A stretch of DNA of 64,000 nt from Azospirillum sp. RU38E (GCA_943370215.1 CALRQC020000027.1:2171-66170); one strand, 5' to 3'. Shown: positions 18,245 to 28,979, counted from the stretch's first letter. Program-made: numbers and translations. The notes: a model not told the origin generated them from the letters alone.

Positions 18245-20197
18245 GTGCTCATGAGCTTGGTCACGGACCTGTTCGCCAGCTACGCCAGCACCTATGAGAG
18301 CCGTCGCGATATCGAGATGTCGCTGTCCGAGTTCCTGGAGGGTTGCCGCGACGAACCGCTGCGCTATGCCAGCGCGGCGGAACGCTTACTGGCCGCCATC
18401 GGCGAACCGGAAGTGATTGATACGGCAAAGGATGCGCGGCTGGCCCGCATTTTCATGAACCGGACGATCAAAGTCTATCCGGCCTTCACTGAGTTCTTTG
18501 GCATGGAAGAGACGATTGAGCGTATCGTCGGCTTCTTCCGCCATGCGGCCCAGGGGTTGGAGGAACGCAAGCAGATCCTCTATCTGCTGGGCCCGGTGGG
18601 CGGCGGTAAATCCTCGCTGGCCGAGCGGCTGAAGGCGCTGATGGAGGAACAGCCGATCTATGTATTGAAGGCCGGCGACCAGATCAGCCCGGTCTTTGAA
18701 AGCCCGCTGGGCCTGTTCGACCCGACCAAGATGGGGACGGTGCTGGAGGAACGGTTCGGCATTCCGCGCCGCCGGCTGACCGGCCTGATGAGCCCCTGGG
18801 CCTTGAAGCGGCTGGACGAATTTGACGGCGATATCCGCCGCTTCCGCGTGGTGAAGCTGCGCCCCTCCCGCCTGCGCCAGACCGGCATCGCCAAGACCGA
18901 GCCGGGTGACGAAAACAACCAGGATATCAGCAGCCTGGTCGGCAAGGTCGATATCCGCAAGCTGGAGCTTTACAGCCAGAATGATCCCGACGCCTACAGC
19001 TATTCCGGCGGCCTGAACCGGGCCAATCAGGGGATGCTGGAATTTGTCGAAATGTTCAAGGCGCCGATCAAGATGCTGCACCCGCTGCTGACAGCGACGC
19101 AGGAAGGCAATTATATCGGCACGGAGAATATCGGCGCGCTGCCCTTCCAGGGCGTCATCATGGCCCACAGCAATGAGGCGGAATGGCAGAGTTTCAAGAA
19201 CAACAAGAATAATGAGGCCTTCATCGACCGTATCTGCGTGATCAAGGTGCCTTATTGCCTGCGGGTGACGGAAGAACAGCGCATTTATGAAAAGCTGATC
19301 AGGACGTCTGAATTGTCGGCGGCCCCTTGCGCGCCGGCAACGCTGGAAATGCTGGCGCGCTTCACCGTGCTGTCGCGCCTGCGTGACCATGGCAATTCCA
19401 ACCTGTTCAGCAAGATGCGCGTCTATGATGGCGAAAGCCTGAAAGAGACGGACCCCAAGGCCAAGACCCTGCAGGAATATAAGGATGCCGCCGGGGTGGA
19501 TGAGGGGATGAACGGCATTTCCACCCGTTTTGCCTTCAAGGTGCTGGCCAGCACCTTCAACTATGACAATACAGAGGTGGGGGCCGATCCGGTCCACCTG
19601 ATGTATATCCTGGAACAATCCATCAAGCGGGAGCAGTTCCCCGACGAGACGGAAAAGAAATATATTGAGTTCATCAAGGCAGAACTGGCCCCGCGCTATG
19701 CCGAGTTCATCGGCAACGAAATCCAGAAAGCCTATCTGGAAAGCTATCACGACTATGGTCAGAACCTGTTCGACCGTTATGTCGATTATGCCGATGCCTG
19801 GATCGAAGATCAGGATTTCAAGGATCCCGATACTGGTCAGTTGATGAACCGCGACCTGTTGAACCAGGAGCTGACCAAGATCGAGAAACCCGCTGGCATC
19901 GCCAATCCCAAGGATTTCCGCAACGAGGTGGTGAAATTCGCCCTGCGTATGCGGGCCAATAATGGTGGGCGTAATCCTTCCTGGACCAGCTATGAGAAGT
20001 TGCGGGACGTCATCGAGAAGCGCATGTTCAGTCAGGTGGAGGAACTGCTGCCGGTGATCAGCTTCGGGTCGAAGAAAGACAGCGATACGGAGAAGAAGCA
20101 CAGTGAATTCGTCAACCGGATGATGGCGCGCGGCTATACCGAACGTCAGGTCCGCCGGTTGGTGGAATGGTACATGCGGGTGAAGCAGGCTGGCTGA
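18245..20197 (+). CDS. prkA: PrkA/YeaG-family serine protein kinase
   Basis: Walker A motif GPVGGGKSSLAERLK, and a PrkA AAA plus C-terminal domain spanning the full 650 aa. RBS GAAGGAGAG lies upstream. Confidence 0.95.
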   Translation: MLMSLVTDLFASYASTYESRRDIEMSLSEFLEGCRDEPLRYASAAERLLAAIGEPEVIDTAKDARLARIFMNRTIKVYPAFTEFFGMEETIERIVGFFRHAAQGLEERKQILYLLGPVGGGKSSLAERLKALMEEQPIYVLKAGDQISPVFESPLGLFDPTKMGTVLEERFGIPRRRLTGLMSPWALKRLDEFDGDIRRFRVVKLRPSRLRQTGIAKTEPGDENNQDISSLVGKVDIRKLELYSQNDPDAYSYSGGLNRANQGMLEFVEMFKAPIKMLHPLLTATQEGNYIGTENIGALPFQGVIMAHSNEAEWQSFKNNKNNEAFIDRICVIKVPYCLRVTEEQRIYEKLIRTSELSAAPCAPATLEMLARFTVLSRLRDHGNSNLFSKMRVYDGESLKETDPKAKTLQEYKDAAGVDEGMNGISTRFAFKVLASTFNYDNTEVGADPVHLMYILEQSIKREQFPDETEKKYIEFIKAELAPRYAEFIGNEIQKAYLESYHDYGQNLFDRYVDYADAWIEDQDFKDPDTGQLMNRDLLNQELTKIEKPAGIANPKDFRNEVVKFALRMRANNGGRNPSWTSYEKLRDVIEKRMFSQVEELLPVISFGSKKDSDTEKKHSEFVNRMMARGYTERQVRRLVEWYMRVKQAG

Positions 20198-20324
20198 GGC
20201 CGTTCCTTGGGAAAAATCCCCGCCACCGGCCCCGATCGGGGCCGGTGGTTGAGGAACAGGAAAGGCGCCCGCCATTTCCGGCCTACCGGAAACCGGCGAA
20301 TGCCAGTGAAAGGACGGTGCAACC

Positions 20325-21644
20325 TTGTTCACCATTGTTGATCGACGCCTGAACCCTTCCGGCAAATCCCTGGCCAACCGTCAGCGCTTCCTGCGCCGGG
20401 CCAAGGAGCAGGTGATGCGGGCCGTGCGCGATGCCTCCGCCAAGCGGGGCATCAAGGATATCGATATGGGCGGGGATATCAGCATCTCCCCCGACGGTAT
20501 CAAGGAACCGACCCTGCAGCGCTCGTCCAGCGGCGGGGCGCGGAATTATGTCGTGCCCGGCAACAAGGAATTCATGACCGGCGACAAGATCAAGCGCCCG
20601 CCGCAAGGTGGTGGGGGCGGGCAGGGCAATGAGGGGGCCGATGATGGCGATGGCCAGGATGAATTCCGCTTTGTGCTGAGCCGGGAGGAATTCATCGATC
20701 TGTTCCTGGAAGATCTGGAACTGCCCGATCTGGCCAAACGCAAGCTGGCGGTGACCGACAGCCTGGATTGGCACCGGGCCGGCTATTCCGTCTCCGGTTC
20801 GCCGACCAATCTCAACCTTGTGCGCACCATGCGCAATTCGCTGGCCCGCCGCATCGCGCTGAACCGCCCGACGGGGGATGAGATCAAGGCCCTGCGCGTG
20901 GAGATCGACGATCTGGAGCGCACGGGCCGTGACCGGGTACGGCTGGAAGAGGCGCGTGAAGAGCTGGCCCTGCTGCTGCGCCGCACCCAGCGCATTCCCT
21001 ATATCGATCCGGTGGATGTGCGCTACAACCGGTTCGATGCCACCCCGCGCCCGGCCGCCCAGGCGGTGATGTTCTGCCTGATGGATGTCTCCGGCTCCAT
21101 GACGGAGCATATGAAGGACTTGGCCAAGCGCTTCTATATGCTGCTCTATCTGTTCCTGACACGGCGTTACAAGCATGTGGAGGTGGTGTTCATCCGCCAT
21201 ACCCACAAGGCGCAGGAGGTGGATGAGGAGACCTTCTTCTACAGCCCCGAAACCGGCGGCACCGTGGTGTCAACGGCACTGGAGGAGATGCAGCGGGTGG
21301 TGGAGGCACGCTTTCCGCCATCGGAATGGAATATCTATGCCGCGCAGGCCAGCGATGGCGACAATGCCCTGTCGGACAATGGCAAGACAGCGCAGTTGAT
21401 GAAGGAGATCATCCTGCCGATCTGCCAATACTACGCCTATATTGAGGTGGGGCAGGATGGCATGTCGCCCGGTCTGGCCTATGGCGGCGGGGTGCGGGAA
21501 ACTGATCTCTGGCGCACCTATAAATCCATCGCCGAACCGGTGCTGGCCATGCGCCGGGTGACACAGCGGCGGGAAATCTACCCTGTCTTCCGGGAGCTGT
21601 TTGCCAAGGACGGGGTGGCGCAACAGGCGGAGGCCGGCGCATGA
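20325..21644 (+). CDS. yeaH: YeaH/YhbH family protein (DUF444)
   Basis: TTG start. The N-terminus FTIVDRRLNPSGKSLANRQRFLRR parallels E. coli YeaH. There is a vWA-like C-terminal half. Confidence 0.9.
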   Translation: MFTIVDRRLNPSGKSLANRQRFLRRAKEQVMRAVRDASAKRGIKDIDMGGDISISPDGIKEPTLQRSSSGGARNYVVPGNKEFMTGDKIKRPPQGGGGGQGNEGADDGDGQDEFRFVLSREEFIDLFLEDLELPDLAKRKLAVTDSLDWHRAGYSVSGSPTNLNLVRTMRNSLARRIALNRPTGDEIKALRVEIDDLERTGRDRVRLEEAREELALLLRRTQRIPYIDPVDVRYNRFDATPRPAAQAVMFCLMDVSGSMTEHMKDLAKRFYMLLYLFLTRRYKHVEVVFIRHTHKAQEVDEETFFYSPETGGTVVSTALEEMQRVVEARFPPSEWNIYAAQASDGDNALSDNGKTAQLMKEIILPICQYYAYIEVGQDGMSPGLAYGGGVRETDLWRTYKSIAEPVLAMRRVTQRREIYPVFRELFAKDGVAQQAEAGA

Positions 21645-23230
21645 GCATCATCACATCATTGGGCAATGTACTGGGTGGCGGCGCTGCCGCTGGCGGCGAA
21701 CCGCTCTATCAGGGGGCGGACTGGGATTATGACAAGGTCCGCCGGGTCTATGATGCCATCGAGCAGGTGGCGGTGCAGGATCTGGGGCTGGACACCTATA
21801 CCAACCAGATCGAGGTGATTACGTCGGAACAGATGCTGGATGCCTATTCCAGTATCGGGATGCCGCTCTTCTATAAACATTGGTCCTTCGGCAAGCATTT
21901 CGCCCGGGACGAGGCGATGTATCGTAGCGGCCAGCGCGGGCTGGCCTATGAAATCGTCATCAATTCCAACCCCTGCATCAGCTATATCATGGAAGAAAAT
22001 ACCATGACGATGCAGACGCTGGTGATTGCCCATGCGGCCTTCGGCCATAACCATTTCTTCAAGAACAACTATCTGTTCCAACAATGGACCGATGCCGACG
22101 GCATTCTGGATTACTTGTCCTTTGCCAAGGAATATATCGCCAAGTGTGAGGAACGGTTTGGGCATGTAGCGGTGGAGCGGGTGCTGGATGCCGCCCATGC
22201 CCTGATGAACCATGGCGTCCACCGCTATCCCCGCCGCCGCACGCCCGACCTGCGCAATGAGGAGCGCCGGGCGCGGGAGCGGGAGGAACACCGGGAGCGC
22301 ACCTTCAACGACCTCTGGCGCACCGTGCCGGGCAAGGCGGGTGCGGCCAGCCCGCTGTCGGACCGCGACCGCCGCCGCGCCATGCTGGAACTGCCGGAGG
22401 AGAATATCCTCTATTTCCTGGAGAAGAAGGCGCCGCGCCTGGATGGCTGGCAGCGGGAGTTGCTACGCATCGTTCGCCACGTGGCGCAATATTTCTATCC
22501 CCAGCGCCAGACCAAGGTGATGAACGAGGGCTGCGCCACCTATTGCCATTACCGCATCCTGCAAACCCTGCATGAGCGTGGGCAATTAACCGACGGCGCC
22601 TGGATGGAGGCGATGCACAGCCACACCAATGTGGTGTTCCAGCCGGATTTCGACGACCGGCGCTATGGTGGCATCAATCCCTATGCGCTGGGATTCGCCA
22701 TGATGCAGGATATCGAGCGTATCGCCAGCAACCCCACGGCGGAGGATCGGGAATGGTTCCCCGATCTGGCCGGCCGGGGCGATCCGATGGGCGCGCTGCG
22801 CCATGCCTGGGCCAATTACCGGGATGAAAGCTTCATCCTGCAATATCTCTCCCCGGCGCTGATCCGCAAATTCCGCCTGTTCCATGTGGCCGATGATGCG
22901 CGCGATCCCGAAATGAAGGTCGCCGCCATCCATGATGAACGTGGTTATCGCGCCGTGCGCCACGCCCTGGCGCGACAATATGACATTGCCTGGGCGGAGG
23001 CCGATATCCAGATCGTCGATGTCGATCTGGTGGGGGATCGCCGGTTGATCCTGGAACATCGGGTGCTGAATCAGGTGCTGCTGGATGAGGCGTCGACCAA
23101 GGCGGTACTCCAGCATCTGGCCGATCTCTGGGGCTATGAGGTGGAACTGGAGGAGGTTGATCCCGCCACAGGCGCCCGATTGAAGAGGCACACGGTACCG
23201 CCCCGTCGCGTTCTGGGTAGCCCGATTTAA
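21641..23230 (+). CDS. SpoVR/YcgB family protein
   Basis: ATGA overlap with yeaH. It has SpoVR blocks (AHAAFGHNHFFKNN, VMNEGCATYCHY) and is the third member of the canonical prkA-yeaH-spoVR operon. Confidence 0.9.
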   Translation: MSIITSLGNVLGGGAAAGGEPLYQGADWDYDKVRRVYDAIEQVAVQDLGLDTYTNQIEVITSEQMLDAYSSIGMPLFYKHWSFGKHFARDEAMYRSGQRGLAYEIVINSNPCISYIMEENTMTMQTLVIAHAAFGHNHFFKNNYLFQQWTDADGILDYLSFAKEYIAKCEERFGHVAVERVLDAAHALMNHGVHRYPRRRTPDLRNEERRAREREEHRERTFNDLWRTVPGKAGAASPLSDRDRRRAMLELPEENILYFLEKKAPRLDGWQRELLRIVRHVAQYFYPQRQTKVMNEGCATYCHYRILQTLHERGQLTDGAWMEAMHSHTNVVFQPDFDDRRYGGINPYALGFAMMQDIERIASNPTAEDREWFPDLAGRGDPMGALRHAWANYRDESFILQYLSPALIRKFRLFHVADDARDPEMKVAAIHDERGYRAVRHALARQYDIAWAEADIQIVDVDLVGDRRLILEHRVLNQVLLDEASTKAVLQHLADLWGYEVELEEVDPATGARLKRHTVPPRRVLGSPI

Positions 23231-23383
23231 ACATCTGATCTGTCACTTGTATCCATAGGGGCCGTCATGCTTTGGCCACCATTTGCCGCATAGATTGGCT
23301 GGTCGCCATTGAACGGCCTTGCTTTGCTGGCGGCTGATTGGCAAACAGGCGGCTCCCTATTCTTGTGGATCGAAGTGGCAGGC

Positions 23384-23803
23384 ATGATGCGGCGTCTTGC
23401 AGGTTTCCTGATGGTTCTGGCGGTGGCCGGCTGCGCGACCAAACCCCCACCCGCGCCGCCGGAGGCGGCAGCTCCGCCCCCGCCCCCTGCTCCGGCAAAG
23501 CCAACCAGCATTATCATGGATGCCGGCGATCTGGCCGCTGTTCAGGGTGCGCTGCGTGAGGTGGGCACCAAGCCGGTGGATCAGGTGGTGGGCTGGGCCA
23601 ACCCCCTGTCCGGCAAGCGCGGGGCCGTGAAGGTGTTGCGCGATGGCTATGATGGACAGAATCGGCCCTGCCGTGAGTTCCATTCGGTGGTGATCCTGGA
23701 TGACATGTATCAGCACACCACGGGTTTCCTCTGCCGCCAAACAGATGGCGCCTGGGAAGTGGTGCAGGCGCGGGAATATCCGCTCTACACCCACCGTCAG
23801 TAA
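23384..23803 (+). CDS. Lipoprotein with surface-antigen-like C-terminal domain
   Basis: Lipobox VAGC, a Pro/Ala-rich linker, and a C-terminal RPCREFHSVVILDD...GFLCRQTDGAWEVV domain. That domain is paralogous to the C-terminus of the 17 kDa-antigen-like lipoprotein at 59584-60069. Confidence 0.7.
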   Translation: MMRRLAGFLMVLAVAGCATKPPPAPPEAAAPPPPPAPAKPTSIIMDAGDLAAVQGALREVGTKPVDQVVGWANPLSGKRGAVKVLRDGYDGQNRPCREFHSVVILDDMYQHTTGFLCRQTDGAWEVVQAREYPLYTHRQ

Positions 23804-23833
23804 GCTGACGCCTCTACAGCCGAAGGGTTACCG

Positions 23834-25159
23834 ATGCGGCGTATTATCCTTGCCACCACCGCCATTGTCCTGGTCGCCATCGGCGCGGCCTTCTGGCTGG
23901 TGCCGGGCGGGGATCGTCCCTCAGCCCCTCTGGTGACCGTCCCGCCACCGCCCCCACCCCCGCCACCGATTATGTCGGTGGCGCTTAAAGGCGGACCGGG
24001 CGGGCTGTTGCCAGTGGCCAACCCCGATGCCCTCACCCTGTCGGATGAGGGGGTGAAAACGCTGGTTGATTTTGCCCGCCGTACCAACAGCCAGGCGCTG
24101 CTGGTCTGGCAGGCGGGGGCCTTGCAACTGGAATATTATGATCCGGCCTTGCAGCCGGGTGACCGGCTGGAAGCGGCGGGATTGATGCCGGGTCTGCTGG
24201 CTCTGCTGACCGGCATTGCATTGCAGGACGGCACCCTGGCCGGGGTTGATGATCCTATTGCCCGCTACCTGCCGGAATGGGCGGGGGATGCACGTGGACG
24301 CATTACGGTGCGCCACCTGTTGGAAGGCAGCAGCGGCCTGACGCCACCTGTCACCCCCCCTGGGGACGATGCGGCAGCGTGGACATTGTCAGCCGAATTG
24401 GCGGTGGAGCCGGGGACGCGGTTTGCCCCCAATGCCTATGAGGCCCAGCTTCTGGGGCTGGTACTGTCACGTGCCCGCAACCAGCCGGTGGCCGATTATC
24501 TGGCGGCCGCCTTCTGGCAGCCTTTGGGGGCACGCGATGCCAGCCTGGAGGCCGGCAGCCGAACGGGTGCCGTTTATCTCCATTGCTGCATGAAGGCGAC
24601 GGCACGCGATTGGCTGCGTCCTGGTCTGTTGTTGCTGGAAGATGGGCGTGCGGGTTCCGGCACGTTGGTACCCAAACCCTGGTTGGATCTGATGCTGCGA
24701 CCCAACGGCCATTCCCGTAATGATGGCTGGCGTCTGCGCCTGGGTTGGCCCTTTGATCAGAAAGGGCCGCTGGCCACCAAGATCCCCTTTGCCGAGGGGG
24801 ATACGGTTTTCATGGCCGGGGAGGACGGCAGCCGCCTTTACATCACCAAGGCGCGCGAACTGGTTATTCTGCGTCTGGGTGCGCCGGTGGCGGGTTGGGA
24901 CGAAGCGGCGCTGCCTAACTTGGTGTCCCGTGCCAGCACCCTGACAGCGGCGGAACCGCGCACGACCAATGGTATGAAAGTCCAGAAGGCTCATGATCTG
25001 AATGGCAAAGTGCCGATGCCACCGATCACAAAGCCGCCGCCGATTCCCAAGGTGACCGTGGAACCGCTGGAAAATTATCAGCAAGGGGACGTTACACCTG
25101 CTGATAAACCGTTGACCAACGTACCAGCGCCGGCTTTGCGTCAAGAGGATCAACGCTGA
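23834..25159 (+). CDS. Membrane-anchored beta-lactamase-fold (serine hydrolase-like) protein, catalytic motifs degenerate
   Basis: N-terminal TM segment, Pro9 linker, and family blocks DDPIARYLPEW and ITVRHLLEGSSGL. GLMP sits where SxxK is expected, and APN where YxN is expected. Confidence 0.7.
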   Translation: MRRIILATTAIVLVAIGAAFWLVPGGDRPSAPLVTVPPPPPPPPPIMSVALKGGPGGLLPVANPDALTLSDEGVKTLVDFARRTNSQALLVWQAGALQLEYYDPALQPGDRLEAAGLMPGLLALLTGIALQDGTLAGVDDPIARYLPEWAGDARGRITVRHLLEGSSGLTPPVTPPGDDAAAWTLSAELAVEPGTRFAPNAYEAQLLGLVLSRARNQPVADYLAAAFWQPLGARDASLEAGSRTGAVYLHCCMKATARDWLRPGLLLLEDGRAGSGTLVPKPWLDLMLRPNGHSRNDGWRLRLGWPFDQKGPLATKIPFAEGDTVFMAGEDGSRLYITKARELVILRLGAPVAGWDEAALPNLVSRASTLTAAEPRTTNGMKVQKAHDLNGKVPMPPITKPPPIPKVTVEPLENYQQGDVTPADKPLTNVPAPALRQEDQR

Positions 25160-25422
25160 GCCGACATTCGTTGGTTCGGCTGATACCACGTTTTCGCGGT
25201 CGTAACCGATCACGGGGCGCCAACCGCCAGCGCCACCTCCGGCAATCGCCCCATACCAGATTCCGATGAGGTCTGCTCACCGGGATCTGGTAATAGGCAT
25301 CCACAAAAATGCTGAGGCAGTAGCCGTCAGCCTCCAAGGGTCATTGTTCATGACCTTGGCATCATATCCCCTCGGCATCCGGCGCGGCCCCGCAGCGTTC
25401 GGCTACCTTAGATATATAGTTG

Positions 25423-25737
25423 TTATTTTGATTTATAAGCACGCAACTGTTTGTTGAAATCCGTGGCAAGCTTTTCCATACGCGCCGAAGCATCATTGTA
25501 GCGCTTGGTCCAGTCGCCGCCGCTCTTGCCTTTGCCCTCGAATTCCAGACAAGCAAGAAATTCTTGTGTTTCCGCCACATAGGCCTTCACCGCCTTTTGG
25601 GCGGCAACCATGTCAGCTTCAGCGGCTGAGGCACCGTCCGGCACCGCTGGCGGGTCTTTCAGCGTACACTCGGCATGTGCGGCGCCCGAGATAATGAAGC
25701 TTGCGATCATCACTGCCAACGCAGTCGCCATTTTCAT
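25423..25737 (-). CDS. Small secreted hypothetical protein (two Cys)
   Basis: Signal peptide MKMATALAVMIASFIISGAAHA/E. The mature part is about 80 aa and helical, with a Cys pair. It lies in an AT-rich islet. Confidence 0.6.
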   Translation of the reverse strand: MKMATALAVMIASFIISGAAHAECTLKDPPAVPDGASAAEADMVAAQKAVKAYVAETQEFLACLEFEGKGKSGGDWTKRYNDASARMEKLATDFNKQLRAYKSK

Positions 25738-26208
25738 ATCGTGCAGCCCCTCTTCTTATTGCAAAGCAGCATGGCTGTTGGTGAATCAGGCAAGCAAACC
25801 CCGCACCCGACGGGTTTAAGCGGAACGTTCGATATGGTTACCAAGAAAGGTTAAGACAACCTTTCTAAACGTAACTTCCAAGGGGTTAACCTTAACACAT
25901 CTTGGATAATCGACCGTTAGTGCTAATCCGCATCGAATTCGGTAGATACGCCTACAATTTCCCAACAAGCTCGTTTATACCTATTCGAAAGGATGGTGTC
26001 AGGGCAAGCGCCAATCCCATTTGGGAACAAGGGGATTAATATAAAAATTTATATAATTCCCTTGCCTTGTTTGCCTGACGGGAGCCACAGCGCCCAAACA
26101 ACAAGGGGGCGTAAAAGCAAGGTACCACTGTCTGGTATGGTATCTGCAAAAGGGAAGGTCGAGTGGAGTAGGTTGCGTTGCTGAGAAGGACAGGAAAGGT
26201 TAGTCGAG

Positions 26209-27912
26209 ATGAGCAATTTTAATCGGACCATGCGGCCGGTCGGTAGCCCCGCTCCGACCGGGTCTGGCGGGCTTTTCAGTAATTGGTCAATCAGCCGTAA
26301 GATCACGTTTGCCATCGCTGTGCCGATTATTATCGGTCTCGGCGCCGTGATCGCCCTCAGCGCCTCCGCCATGCGTTCGTCGATGTTGGACCTTTCCAAA
26401 CGTTCGGAAAGCCAGGTCACGGAAATGATGGCCGCGCAGATGTCTGCTGCCGTTCGTTTCAAGAACGCTGACGCCATTGCCGACAGCTATGCTGATCTCG
26501 CCACGGCCAAGAGCACCAGCCTTGCCTTCGTGCGCGTGCTCGACTCTGATGGTGAGGCGCTGATCGAATACCCCAGCAAGGATAAACCCCTGCCGGCCGG
26601 TATGAGCCCGTTCGATCCCTCCAAGGTTCAGATCTCCAAGGCCGTCAGTGACGTAAAGCTGCTGGACCAGGGTGATTTCCTGGTCGTGCAGGCGCCGGTG
26701 CGCGCCGGCGCCAACCGTGATCAGGTTGGCACGTTGACGGTGGCCTGGAGCCGCGCCAACCTGCAGGCTTCCATTGCCGATGCGGTGATGGGTAATACCC
26801 TGATTGCCCTGGTTGTTCTGGCGGTGCTGATCGGCATCCTGGTGGTCCTGCTGCATAAGATTGTCGGCGCGCCGCTGAAATCCATGCAGGATGCCATGTC
26901 CAAGCTGGCATCCGGCGACCTGACGGTGCAGGTCACCGGCACCCATCGTGGTGACGAAATCGGTGCCATGGCCCAGTCGGTTCAGGTCTTCAAGGACAAC
27001 GCGCTGGAGATGGATAACCTGCGCCGCCGCCAGGAAGAGGCGGAGCGTCAGGCCGCCGTCGAGAAGAAGGCGGCGATGGAAAAGCTGGCGTCCGATTTCG
27101 AGAACTCCGTCAAGGGCGTGGTTTCCGAAATCTCCGGCGCATCCAGTCAGGTCCAGTCCACTGCCGAAGGGCTGTCCGCTTCGGCCGAGGAAAGCCGCGC
27201 CCAGACCAGCGCCGTGGCTGCCGCCACGCAGCAGGCTTCTGCCAATGTGCAGTCGGTTGCCAGCGCCACCGAGCAGTTGGCCGGTTCGCTGGCGGAGATC
27301 AGCAACCAGGTCAACACCTCAGCCCGTATCGCCCGCGATGCCGCCAAGACGGCCGAGAAGACCAACGGCACCGTGCAGTCTTTGGCGCAGCGCGCTCAAT
27401 CCATCGGCGACGTGGTGAAGCTGATTTCCGATATTGCCAGCCAGACCAACCTGCTGGCGCTGAACGCCACCATTGAAGCCGCGCGTGCTGGTGAAGCCGG
27501 TAAGGGTTTTGCCGTGGTGGCCTCTGAAGTGAAGAGCCTGGCCAATCAGACGGCCAAGGCAACTGAAGAGATTGCCAGCCAGATCACCACGATGCAGGAC
27601 GCGACCAAGGAGGCCGTGGACGCCATCGTCGTGATCAGCCGTACCATCGCCGAGATCAACGATATCTCTGAAACGGTGGCCGGTGCGGTGGAAGAGCAGG
27701 ATGCGGCGACCAAGGAAATCGCCCGCAATGTTCAGCAGGCTTCCATGGGTACGATGGAAGTGACGCGTAACATTGAAAGCCTGGAGGACGTGGCGCATCA
27801 GACCGGTACGTCGGCGACCGATATGCTGGGTGCGGCGCGCAACATGTCCCGCCAGTCCGGTGAGTTGGGGCGTACTGTTGACAAGTTCCTGGCCCAGGTG
27901 CGTAGCGCCTGA
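26209..27912 (+). CDS. Methyl-accepting chemotaxis protein
   Basis: TM segment, roughly 170 aa periplasmic domain, second TM segment, HAMP, then the conserved MA hairpin ([36 protein letters not shown]). Confidence 0.9.
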   Translation: MSNFNRTMRPVGSPAPTGSGGLFSNWSISRKITFAIAVPIIIGLGAVIALSASAMRSSMLDLSKRSESQVTEMMAAQMSAAVRFKNADAIADSYADLATAKSTSLAFVRVLDSDGEALIEYPSKDKPLPAGMSPFDPSKVQISKAVSDVKLLDQGDFLVVQAPVRAGANRDQVGTLTVAWSRANLQASIADAVMGNTLIALVVLAVLIGILVVLLHKIVGAPLKSMQDAMSKLASGDLTVQVTGTHRGDEIGAMAQSVQVFKDNALEMDNLRRRQEEAERQAAVEKKAAMEKLASDFENSVKGVVSEISGASSQVQSTAEGLSASAEESRAQTSAVAAATQQASANVQSVASATEQLAGSLAEISNQVNTSARIARDAAKTAEKTNGTVQSLAQRAQSIGDVVKLISDIASQTNLLALNATIEAARAGEAGKGFAVVASEVKSLANQTAKATEEIASQITTMQDATKEAVDAIVVISRTIAEINDISETVAGAVEEQDAATKEIARNVQQASMGTMEVTRNIESLEDVAHQTGTSATDMLGAARNMSRQSGELGRTVDKFLAQVRSA

Positions 27913-27976
27913 CCAGACTCGGGCGGCGGGCCTCTGTCCGGTTGCCGCCCGAGCGTTTGAAGTGCTTTCCTGTTTC

Positions 27977-28007
27977 GCCCCCGCACCGTCAGGTGCGGGG
28001 GCTTTTC
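27977..28007 (+). terminator. Intrinsic terminator after the chemoreceptor gene
   Basis: GCCCCCGCACC-GTCA-GGTGCGGGGGC followed by TTTTC. A second 10-bp hairpin lies just upstream at 27918-27953. Confidence 0.7.
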
Positions 28008-28046
28008 ATTGCTGTTTGTGTGGTGCATCCTTATGCGGGAGGAACC

Positions 28047-28979
28047 ATGCGACTTTATATCCTTACCATATTGATTTTAACGACCTGCCTGACAGGTGTG
28101 TCTCCCGTGTGGGCGGGAGAGGCTGCGGGCCCCTTGGACCGGCTGGAGCAAGCCTTTCTGGACCTCCGGATTCGGCTATGGCCCGATGATCCGAACGTTC
28201 GCTTGGCGCGTGCCAACCAGCTCTATCATATGGGGGAACTGGACGCGGCCTTGCTGGATTATGACCGGGCAATAGAGCTTCAGCCCTCACCAGCAGCCCA
28301 TATGCGCCGTGCCTATGCCCGCAGGGATCATTCTGACGATGAGGTGCGAAACGGGGCCTATGACGATTTAGCGGCCGTTTTGGATGAATTACCGGATTTC
28401 GCTCCCGCCATCGAAATGCGGGTGATGATGCGCATCCAGGATGGTGCCTATGAAGAGGGTATTGATGAAATTGATCAATTGTTGGAGCAACATCCAAACG
28501 CCGATATGTTGCTACAGCTACGTGGTGATTTGTCTGAAGCGGCGGGCCGATCCCCGGATGTGAAGGACATGTTGGTCGAACTGGTGGAAAAGCAGCCTTC
28601 GCCAAGCCTGCTCAACCATCTTTGCTGGGTGCGGGTGACACGGAATATCGAGTTGTCACAGGCGCTGGAGAATTGCGATGCCGCCCTGGCCGAATCTCCA
28701 GAATTTGCCGAGGCGCAGGATAGCCGGGGTGTTGTGTTGTTGCGACTGGGGCGCCCGGCGGAGGCGATTGCCGCTTTCAACAACGCCCTGACGGAAGAAC
28801 CCGATATGGCGCCATCGCTTTATATGCGGGGGCTGGCGCGTCTCTGGCTTGCCCGTCAAGACCCGGCGGAGACCGCCCTGGCCGAGGCCGATCTCCAGGC
28901 CGCTCTTGAACTTGATCCGGAGGTGGAAGAGGATTATCGGGCCTATGGGCTGACCCGCCAATGGGCCTCAGGTGATTGA
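28047..28979 (+). CDS. TPR-repeat protein, secreted
   Basis: RBS GGGAGGA, signal peptide MRLYILTILILTTCLTGVSPVWA, and repeated TPR-like A..YD.A..L.P units. The track start at 27942 would run through the upstream terminators. Confidence 0.8.
   Translation: MRLYILTILILTTCLTGVSPVWAGEAAGPLDRLEQAFLDLRIRLWPDDPNVRLARANQLYHMGELDAALLDYDRAIELQPSPAAHMRRAYARRDHSDDEVRNGAYDDLAAVLDELPDFAPAIEMRVMMRIQDGAYEEGIDEIDQLLEQHPNADMLLQLRGDLSEAAGRSPDVKDMLVELVEKQPSPSLLNHLCWVRVTRNIELSQALENCDAALAESPEFAEAQDSRGVVLLRLGRPAEAIAAFNNALTEEPDMAPSLYMRGLARLWLARQDPAETALAEADLQAALELDPEVEEDYRAYGLTRQWASGD

Noticed and set aside
18386-20377. 663-aa minus-strand ORF opposite prkA
   Set aside because: Antisense to an unambiguous PrkA kinase. 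The composition is typical of high-GC antisense frames.
27942-28046. Upstream extensions proposed by the ORF track: TPR gene from 27942, GGDEF-EAL from 16900, sppA from 12383, gltX from 41409, abgT from 44380, pdxH from 59593, the 17 kDa lipoprotein gene from 59461 and psuG from 44520
   Set aside because: The extensions run through terminators or neighbouring genes, or add non-homologous residues ahead of obvious signal peptides, TM helices or conserved N-termini. Internal starts were chosen instead.
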